From: a virus
Reading direction: 5' to 3' (one strand)
IMG/VR virus record: IMGVR_UViG_3300020601_000007
Span: 32,001 to 96,000 of that record
Length of the DNA: 64,000 nt
Shown here: positions 47,301 to 53,478 of the stretch, in pieces
How the letters are laid out: the number at the start of each line of letters is the position of its first letter
How positions within the stretch are numbered: position 1 is the first letter of the stretch
Notes under the pieces: model-generated
Told to the model about the DNA's origin: nothing
Seen by the model: the letters and a program-made list of their open reading frames with translations, nothing else
The model's database searches: none
Position numbers and translations under genes: made by a program

Positions 47301-50170
47301 AAGGCAACGTGAGTGCCAGCATCAGTCGTGCGAATCACTTGCTGGTTCCATTCAATCAGCCTTTGACGCTTTGCTTCATAAGCCTCATTGTTGTTCTCAA
47401 AAAGCGCCTCCAGCATGTTGAATGGCACTCCCGCTTTGCTGTTGAAAAATTCATTTTTTCGAGTGTGTCGCTCGAACTCGCTCATCTCATTTAGGGCGGG
47501 TTCAACCACAGCGAGAATTTTCGACTCGTGCACGCGAGGATTCGTCAGAATGTTCCCCATGCTTTTGGCCATTTTGTCAAACAGTTGCTCGTATGAACCA
47601 CTCTTCACCGTGACGAACTGGTCGAAGGGAATGCTCTTGGCTTCAGCGACTTGTGCTGCTCCCTCTTCGGCTTGCTTCTTTGCTTCTTCCAGCGACATGC
47701 CGCCACGGCGCATGATGCGCTGCACCATCTCTTTCCCAGACACATCGGGCTTGAGAAAAATGGTGTAGGCCTGTGGGAAGACCTTCTTGTAGGCTTTCAC
47801 CCCTTTCAGGTCTGCTGAAATCACGTTGACGGGGTAGTTGAAATCAACCCACCTGCGCCCGTAGTAATGTCCGTTCTCTCGGAGAGCCCACTCAACGAAC
47901 TGGTCGCTCTCAATCATCTGCTCGAACTCGGCCTTGCTGGTGAAAATCGCATCGACGCCGTCTTTTTCTCGTGAGCGACGGGGGCGGCTGGTGACTTTGA
48001 TTGGCTCACCCGCTACCTCGAACTTCTCAGTCATGTGTCGGATGAGTGTGCTTTTGCCAGAGCCGGTTGGACCGCTGACGATGACCAGACCGACCTTTTT
48101 CGCTTTCCGTGGGTTGATGCGAATGGCAGCCTCCACTTTGTCAATGACGATGCGGTCATCAAAGCCCTTCAGGATTTCCCCGACTTCCTCGTAAATCGTC
48201 TGAGCGACTTCTGCACCGAAGTCATCGACTTGATGCTCACGCTTGATGCTAACCCACAAAGAGGAAGTTGCAGGAATCAAGCGGACCGAAACATCGACCC
48301 CGTCGGGAATCATGCCAGTCAACGCCGGGAGGGTGTCAGTGTTGAACTTGAAGTATGCAGTGGACCCACCCTGTCGCTCACGAAAGACCCCGTCGAGATT
48401 GTCCGTGAATTGCTCAAACGAGGCTCCGACCAAAGCACTGCTGATTTCTTTGGTGCCGTAATCGCCCTGCCAATTGATGAACATCATGGACGGGCGGGGG
48501 TTGGGAAGTGGCTTCTCAAGGAATTTTTTCAGTTTCTCCACAAGCCCGCTCATGGCCCACTCCTTGTATGCTCGGCCATCACCCTTGAACTGAGTAGAAT
48601 TGCGGGCTTGCTTTGCATAGTCAGTGAACATGTGCGGGTGATGCGTCACAATGTCTGCCATCTGCATGATGAGGGCGACACCGTAATATTCGCCGACTTG
48701 CGTTTGAAAGAAGTCGTCGCTGATGTTTCGTCGCCCAACATCGGATTCCAACATCAACGAAACGATTTCCTCGAATGCATGGGGAACGTCCAGTGCGTCT
48801 GCGATGAATTCGTCCCACATGTATTTGCCTTCACGCGAATGGTGTTCACCGTCCTTTTCACGCACCTTCCCGATGTCATGGTAAAGAGCCACCGTGTAAA
48901 GCAGGTCAAGGAAGGACCAGTTTGCAGTGATTCGCTGATTGAGATACGCTCGGGTTTTCTTGCGGAGTTCCGAATCGAAGCCGAGTGACTCCAGTTTCCA
49001 CAATCTGCTGATTCCCCTGCTGTCTGGCTCGAAGTGATGACTCAGCCAATAGTAGACGTAAAGCGTGTGTGCGAACTCATCTCCACCATAGTGAACGTAG
49101 TCGTAGTCAACTCCCTGAAGGTCGGTGAGCGAATGGTGATGGTATTTGCCGGGGATGGTTGGCTTTGTCGGGTTGGGGAGCGGATTGGCTAAAGGGCCCT
49201 CGTCCCCCTTCTTGTATTTCGGATTGACGAAGTGCTGGTAGGTGATTTTCATCAGGCCCTTGTATTTGTCATTGAACATCCGCACCATCTCAGCGGTGAC
49301 CAAGTTGCAGTATTCGACAGGGCCGAGGCTATCGTCGTCCTTGTATTTCATTTCAGCCTGCTCAATCATGGCGTCAACATCGTCGATGAAATGGCCCTCG
49401 TCAATGTCGAGGTATTCATCCACCTTCTTCTTCTTGACATCAAAGCGGAAGTAGTCGATTCGGTCTCGCATCACCGTGTAGTTGTGCTTCACGCCCGGGG
49501 CGAATGCAAGGTCTGCATAGAATTGAATATCGTCAGCGGATGTCAGGGAGGGCTCGTCCTTTGATGGGTGCGTGTGGTAAAAGGCGACTTCATTGTCTGG
49601 TCGCTTGTTGATTTTGATTTTGGGCATGATGAGCGATGCACGACGGTGGAACACCTTTCCGTTGGAGGTGGCCCACCCGTAGGACTCACCACTGAACGAG
49701 ACGAAAGACCACAATTGGTCAAGGAACTTCTTGTCATTCAACCGCTTGTAGGGGAATTCTCGGAATACCTTGTGCGGGTTATGCGTCACCATGTCGTTCA
49801 TTTCTTTGGTGAAGTCGCTGGCCGAAACGGGGTTCTTGAGCACACCGTCGAAAGAGAGGTGTCCTTTCGCAATCGTGACACGGCCACTTGGATTGGAACG
49901 AACCGTTGTCACCTCATCACACATCAACTTCACCGGGACGACCCGTGGGCTGCTGAAGGAACGTGTGTTTGTTGGGACCGTGGCCGTCCGGTCAATGAAA
50001 TGACTCATCGCTTTTCGAGCCTGCGAGCGAGAGACCTTTCCGTTGAACATGACGAACCACGTGCCGTTCTCCATGTCCAAGGTCGCTTCCTTGATGTCGA
50101 GGCCACCCAACACAGACCCGCTCTTTGGGAAGCGCGTGTATTTGCGGACGACAGAGGGGGGCAAGTTCAC
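41303..50170 (-). CDS. 2955-aa multidomain (polyvalent) protein/polyprotein: JAB, HD, guanylate kinase, ART-like, DUF3140-like, kinase, Nudix, glutaredoxin, macro-like, second ART-like, DUF5824-like
   Basis: YHTHPS...SADD; LYHDIGK; SGPTGSGKST; VYRAM...GLYWS...ESEV; LINM...SGRRI...WGHDPW; VGSGAFGTVF...FKV...HLIDW; GG.IDSGE....AARRELTEEAG; CKWC...IPAIF; FVFGDN...G..GQA; YHFT...L.SI...GL; IYDKGLAAW..GHRPG...QWA.GRVYAF. Confidence 0.9.
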   Translation of the reverse strand: MNLPPSVVRKYTRFPKSGSVLGGLDIKEATLDMENGTWFVMFNGKVSRSQARKAMSHFIDRTATVPTNTRSFSSPRVVPVKLMCDEVTTVRSNPSGRVTIAKGHLSFDGVLKNPVSASDFTKEMNDMVTHNPHKVFREFPYKRLNDKKFLDQLWSFVSFSGESYGWATSNGKVFHRRASLIMPKIKINKRPDNEVAFYHTHPSKDEPSLTSADDIQFYADLAFAPGVKHNYTVMRDRIDYFRFDVKKKKVDEYLDIDEGHFIDDVDAMIEQAEMKYKDDDSLGPVEYCNLVTAEMVRMFNDKYKGLMKITYQHFVNPKYKKGDEGPLANPLPNPTKPTIPGKYHHHSLTDLQGVDYDYVHYGGDEFAHTLYVYYWLSHHFEPDSRGISRLWKLESLGFDSELRKKTRAYLNQRITANWSFLDLLYTVALYHDIGKVREKDGEHHSREGKYMWDEFIADALDVPHAFEEIVSLMLESDVGRRNISDDFFQTQVGEYYGVALIMQMADIVTHHPHMFTDYAKQARNSTQFKGDGRAYKEWAMSGLVEKLKKFLEKPLPNPRPSMMFINWQGDYGTKEISSALVGASFEQFTDNLDGVFRERQGGSTAYFKFNTDTLPALTGMIPDGVDVSVRLIPATSSLWVSIKREHQVDDFGAEVAQTIYEEVGEILKGFDDRIVIDKVEAAIRINPRKAKKVGLVIVSGPTGSGKSTLIRHMTEKFEVAGEPIKVTSRPRRSREKDGVDAIFTSKAEFEQMIESDQFVEWALRENGHYYGRRWVDFNYPVNVISADLKGVKAYKKVFPQAYTIFLKPDVSGKEMVQRIMRRGGMSLEEAKKQAEEGAAQVAEAKSIPFDQFVTVKSGSYEQLFDKMAKSMGNILTNPRVHESKILAVVEPALNEMSEFERHTRKNEFFNSKAGVPFNMLEALFENNNEAYEAKRQRLIEWNQQVIRTTDAGTHVAFVTSPDNRPLPEGSTLSPKTRADLRSPKTKVIPPPLQALVPVEGVAELEAKESRFSLDAFISNPQPPPPPPPAKRSRSPPPPPPPSLKQYVGYFYEKAEAFDFAQTSANKLGQTMVVRNHSGTYIDSAGRVRERGAKPVPYDVSPVSLGYSLGRTENTFIEPEAKANPPEGLRLKDVILSADYKGLLDNIAWRFAGRPPPNFNASKATQKQKDIIARRKKMFRELLAGWGYTGVSPANAAEHIFQEHLKKFRGERVKVYRAMFTSEPPEILNELWNKYGVGLYWSNARDGADQFGGAMSRQFKFHPSSRIAFLMGTVPFGDVNWFGTLLANVTFGIAESEVRMFSDSTVKVDKVEFYKLDQKAREKYLGLEGLGGRYQKPWTDPAVKPVNVWNVNESYFAFVSPKESFDDDDEFENPKDLFDWFEEWVHLINMKNKELKAFLDSPLGKKAGLSKQQAKDWNNIKSGRVSGRRILKMRAKLGLTGPKDYIKPGPRIIEDYYEKALSKWTGPSDDPLKGETDWDWCKRQVRFVKRTSAFPYNPNAEERKGPLVRAQKTQSKPSRRLLSLWVWGHDPWRWARKNGYERMSPCPDVPWVGMTEKRKWGKTEVKMNPPEKSHTAGYTKANPPKKMLKAPDLAARAINSVLKKNLVGSGAFGTVFNIPGTDFVFKVDRNTSPEYYREMKKWLAGKEGSSKPVFPSTHTIVHKYPPWPKSASELFGFPLYGLGDGKVERYHTIMKRLDAEPLPDLLPVGSSLWRGMEKPHLQMKQTIQYLRKVSKFKQPVFDRFVKAYIDVVGMGLTPDRNPPNFLVGDKSMHLIDWWWEDGPRGTGNKYFDSESLEQLSGAVAMNSMRFRLDAVRKELLSQKDPDKRRYKTAWKQWEQANAEYNRAYPMLEAVMVKFMKAVKKNQTELGGMTKLKPAKEVGLWRDSHVEHALWTLKPMMTGERGTAAFWKKWKKQKKKEAQQEPTDSMPEIMDISLGAHDWGLKEVGQAAVANPTSDDEHQETLEKTGFWGSQGAGSLVVAKKTGRYLLPLRSQHVEQPGTWGVWGGAIDSGEVPVEAARRELTEEAGYRGPIEMVPLVVFESGTFRYHNFLAVVEDEFEPTLNWETERAQWFALDDFPQPLHFGLQYLLENSEVRPNPWFPSDASYAPGLTDQTISITQLSNPPKPVPLPLKKGITIYGAEYCKWCKEAKKLVEKKNLKHRYVDIEKVSGYQETIGPLTENYQFIPAIFVNGKFIGGFSDLKPRLEPHPEKITPAHVRSRPDTLFVFGDNDQRKGKKGQAIIRDEPNAIGFRTKKSPSRFASAYYTDDEYSENIRKMKEDLEEISARSLKFDNVYFIPGIGEGLAKLEEKAPRTYAWMKKNLPTGETFHGLSENDFKETATFVFDSAENLMSIERVKGLAGKGFHYRKGRYSYRDDPATSTHVEYAGQWLIDSEEQKLDWGDIGESSDLYESEHQTWSDVINGISFDPVAPNPPSPFLEIPAEKVGDYYAEALPRALLMKTVVRRRMGQSMEEIEGKMFPDVQYEAYKVARGDLPFFEQYRPLVAQTKEYLERVHGVGIEVVFVQEEMNEVNIERMGFRWSPIGNIYFREMGDDFGGDDPFEPGLPIKVTPFVSFDSGFMGSMANPPRPIPEFGYHFTHKNNLNSIMQKGLTADFNFLFYPDAPYQAWVMGGQIDGMFFDTGKRDRMPTREEFEEAIANMVMLKVKVDPEQFRPVPYEVGVLHEEFIIEGNIMPWNIKYLGTFEDTILQDIRSGRWTEADIEAWSETWKPIGAIPVSSRIIDGTFSPPGDKRKIKWFDEWRKSDHPKIIARLKEDDDDEGSGFDSLGSLFSNPRTPGGKKFPKRYLKGLTKLEKMIAEDEIDKGYKYDVNDPEAYKFWKSDIKATARGLKIGPSKHKEKYYRLYRKNIDEDYKPSGSSSKQKFLNRIRKETGIKKSILEKIYDKGLAAWRVGHRPGVQQHQWAAGRVYAFVVGADSSTGPGKPDNKLAVEAGVR
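42410..42874 (-). repeat. Copy 1 of a duplicated NP-bounded coding module
   Basis: Shares GGGTCATCTCCGCCAAAGTCATCGCCCA and AAAAACCACCTCGATACC...CACGCTCAAGGT with 58475-58888. Confidence 0.9.
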
Positions 50171-53100
50171 TCTTCTTCACCTTCCCCTTCAAAGACCATG
50201 AACGCGTCAAATGGGCGAATGACGCCCCGCTCTGAACGGGCGATGCTCTTCTTGCTCTTGGAGTCTTCCGTGTGTTCGGGGTTGGCAAGCACCCTGCGAC
50301 GACTTTCATTACGCTTCTCATTGTCGGCTTTCGAGTCAAGGGCAAGGCGTGCAAATTGAGACGCGATGTTTTCTGCCTGCTGGTCATAGAACGTTGCATC
50401 GAACTCCTCGTCGGGGAGTTCACCAACAGGAACGGGGAAGGATTGGAAGGAACGCTGGTCAAGGTTTGCGAGTGCTGCCACTTCGCCATCACGGGCCTTC
50501 TGCTCCTCATCCACCATGTAGTCCATCAGCAATTGATTGTGGTAGCGCACTTCTTCACGGTTTTTGTCGCTGACAACGCCACCGATGTTCGGTCCCTCTT
50601 CATCGTAAATGGCATCGTCACTACCAAGCGCAAATCCGGGGATGTCGAGGAAGTAAGCGATTCCATCCTTGTCCTTGGGGAAACGAATTTTTTGCGGGTC
50701 GTAGTGCAATCCCCACTTCCCCTCTTCTGACTGCAATTGGTCTGCGAACTCCTGCTTCAGCGTCAACCAATCATCAGGGGCGGATGTCCGGCCACCTTGC
50801 TTGCCTGCTGGTTGCACCGGTTTGTGCCCGATAGGTGTCTCTTCAAAGACAAGGCCCGGATGTTCTGGGAGCATGAAAGGGCGTCGGCCACCACTGACCC
50901 AACGGGGTCCGGCAGCATATCCGTAGAAAGGATTCGGCATAACGGACGTTAGACCTGTTTTTGAGACAAAAAGTGGTGTCGCTGCGCTGGGAGAATCATC
51001 TGGAGAAACCATCAAAGCAGGATTGACCATAGGGTCAGCCCTCACACCGATTTTGAATCCACCCGCTCCGTCACCTTGACGGAACGAATAGTCGGCTGAA
51101 TCCTCTATGTCCTTATCGTAGCGAACACGAAGGAAGTTCGCTGGGCCGACCAGTTTGCGGACATACCGTTCGCTTTTCGTGACCGAAAGCCCCATCTGAA
51201 AACCGGTATGCCCCCGGGTTGGTTTGCGAAGAAGCGTAGGACCGGCGATGGACCGCCTGTTGGATAACTTCTGGAAATCAACCTCAACAATCACCCGAGG
51301 GTCGACAATTTGAATGTCGGGGTATCGCTCTTCCAAACCCGGGTTGCGGACAGCGTGCTCGAATTGCCCGTATTCACCGGTCTGCTCACCTAAAACCTCC
51401 TTGAACAACTTCTTTCCTTCCTCATGAGGGATGTTGATGGCCCGACCGACTGGAACAAAGGCCATCCCCTCGTTTGTTTTCTTGGAAACACCAATCAAAA
51501 TGGAGGCGAGGCGTGGCTTCTTATCCTGCCAGACCTTTCCCTTGTAAATGCCCATGATGACGCCGTCGATGGTGTATTTGCGCTTGACCTTGTATCGACG
51601 GTCGCCTGCGTAGACAATGAGGCCTTCATTCATTCGTTCCTGCACTTGAGAACGCCAGATGGCTTGAACTGTCGCCTCGTAATCGTCCTCAACAACAGTC
51701 GGGTCAACGCATCGAATGCGGTCTCCTTCCAAGTCTGCGGCCTTCATGATGCGCTCCTCGAAGGGCAGAGAGGAAACATCCTTTCCGTCAACAGAAAGCA
51801 CATCGACGATAACTGCCTTCAGTCGGCGGAAGGTGGTAGGGTCGTGGTTGTCTGTTCCCGTTGCGAGAATTGAGCGAGACTCTTCATTACCCATCACACG
51901 TCCATTTCCATCTACTACGATGGACTCCACAACCACCTCGATACTGTCCACATCGTTGTCCTGACAGATGCGCTCGAACTCACGGGTCAGGTAATTGTCC
52001 CACCCGATAACGCCACCTCTTGCAGTCACCATGACGCTTCGCTCGACATCCATCCCTGCTCGGCTTGCACCTTTTCGTGAATCGAGGCGCTTCCCATGAA
52101 CTTTGAAGCCACCCCTTTTGTTGAATGCAAGGAGCCCGACATTACCGTCATATTTCGGTGTCACGACAAGCCGGGGGTGTTGAAGAAGTTCATTCCCGAT
52201 GTCCCGGTATCGGATGCCACCGGAACCACCTGTCCAAGGCTGCTTTTTCCATGCTTGCAGTTTGACAACCAGTGGGTTCTCCTTGTCTGGGTTATCGGTA
52301 GGAATGCGGAAGCAGGGGGGTGCAGCCTCCGTCTCCTCAAAACCATCTCCGACTTCAGCGGAAATGAACCAAGCGTCAGCCATCCCTTTCAGTCGTTCAA
52401 AGTCGCGCATCACAGCGACAGGATGGGCTTCTTGCGGGTTGAACTTCTTCACTCGGTCAAGCGCAACCGGGATTGCGCAATAACCAGTGGAATCCTCAAG
52501 AGCAGGCTTGTAGTGCATGCCGAAGAGCATTCGTGTCATCGTTTTGCCACTCATTGGGCTCTTGTCAACGAAAGGCACCCGACGAGTGATGGCTTCTTCT
52601 CGGTTGAATGCTACGTCCGGCGTTGCTTTCATGATGGCGCTGTATGTGTAATCCCAGCACTCCTGCACCGTCTCAAAGGTCATTGGTTTGGTAGCGAACC
52701 AGATGTGAAAGGTCTTGCCTGTGAACAAAACGAGCGTTGAGTGGATGAGGCTGAGTCGCTTTGCGATGTCGTAAGTCACCCGAGCAAGTTCATCAAATGG
52801 CATTTCTGCCGGATTGTCAAGGTCAATGACGCCGACCTTTGGGTGGTTCCCTGAGGGATTGGGGCGCCACCAAATGTCCCGCAGGCCTTTGTTTGACCCA
52901 CCGTGCTTTCCCATTCCTGTTCCGTAACTGGTTGCGTCGATGTATTCCCGAATCTCCTTCTCAGAGTGAAGCGTGAACCGCTGGCTGGTCATAACCTGAG
53001 CGTTGCGGAACAACACCGCTTGCAGTTCGTGATGCATCGTCTTGCGAAGACGGAATGGGAGCGTCAGTTGATTGTAGCGGTAAGCCATCGCCTTCATGCT

Positions 53101-53478
53101 TTCATGGAGCATCTGCTCCTCATTGGTGGAAGGAACGATTGGCTTCGGGTCGAAGTTATCCACTGGAACCCCGAAGGACTTGTGCTCACGAAGGAAGGCT
53201 TCGTGAAGGACGGGGCGAATCTCGTCAATGTTTTCCTTGGTGGTCTTCTTTGTGTCGATGACGTAAAGCGGTTTGCCCGTTTGCTTGTCCCGATAGTTGG
53301 CACCACGGAAAACAGTCGTCTTTGCGTCCCACGAGACCGTCCCCATTTGGAACATGGTCTGCTTGAAGAACTTGACCATGAACTCTTCAATGTCAGCACG
53401 GGAAGGCTTGAGCCCTGCTGTGGCGAATTCATTGGCGTATTTTGAGAACTGGAACAACAGTCCGTCGTATTTGCTCAC
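50167..53478 (-). CDS. LigD-like fusion: AEP primase-polymerase domain plus ATP-dependent DNA ligase, with N- and C-terminal extensions
   Basis: VIDLD, FTGKTFHIW, PFVD (AEP); PKYDG, NEGLIV, YKVK, DGVIMG, IVEVDF, RVRYDK (ligase plus OB fold). Confidence 0.85.
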   Translation of the reverse strand: MSKYDGLLFQFSKYANEFATAGLKPSRADIEEFMVKFFKQTMFQMGTVSWDAKTTVFRGANYRDKQTGKPLYVIDTKKTTKENIDEIRPVLHEAFLREHKSFGVPVDNFDPKPIVPSTNEEQMLHESMKAMAYRYNQLTLPFRLRKTMHHELQAVLFRNAQVMTSQRFTLHSEKEIREYIDATSYGTGMGKHGGSNKGLRDIWWRPNPSGNHPKVGVIDLDNPAEMPFDELARVTYDIAKRLSLIHSTLVLFTGKTFHIWFATKPMTFETVQECWDYTYSAIMKATPDVAFNREEAITRRVPFVDKSPMSGKTMTRMLFGMHYKPALEDSTGYCAIPVALDRVKKFNPQEAHPVAVMRDFERLKGMADAWFISAEVGDGFEETEAAPPCFRIPTDNPDKENPLVVKLQAWKKQPWTGGSGGIRYRDIGNELLQHPRLVVTPKYDGNVGLLAFNKRGGFKVHGKRLDSRKGASRAGMDVERSVMVTARGGVIGWDNYLTREFERICQDNDVDSIEVVVESIVVDGNGRVMGNEESRSILATGTDNHDPTTFRRLKAVIVDVLSVDGKDVSSLPFEERIMKAADLEGDRIRCVDPTVVEDDYEATVQAIWRSQVQERMNEGLIVYAGDRRYKVKRKYTIDGVIMGIYKGKVWQDKKPRLASILIGVSKKTNEGMAFVPVGRAINIPHEEGKKLFKEVLGEQTGEYGQFEHAVRNPGLEERYPDIQIVDPRVIVEVDFQKLSNRRSIAGPTLLRKPTRGHTGFQMGLSVTKSERYVRKLVGPANFLRVRYDKDIEDSADYSFRQGDGAGGFKIGVRADPMVNPALMVSPDDSPSAATPLFVSKTGLTSVMPNPFYGYAAGPRWVSGGRRPFMLPEHPGLVFEETPIGHKPVQPAGKQGGRTSAPDDWLTLKQEFADQLQSEEGKWGLHYDPQKIRFPKDKDGIAYFLDIPGFALGSDDAIYDEEGPNIGGVVSDKNREEVRYHNQLLMDYMVDEEQKARDGEVAALANLDQRSFQSFPVPVGELPDEEFDATFYDQQAENIASQFARLALDSKADNEKRNESRRRVLANPEHTEDSKSKKSIARSERGVIRPFDAFMVFEGEGEEE

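Noticed and set aside
41303-50170. 2A-like ribosomal skipping (StopGo) at the NP sites
   Set aside because: No D-x-E-x-N-P-G-P consensus; the residues after NP are mostly P, R, K or T
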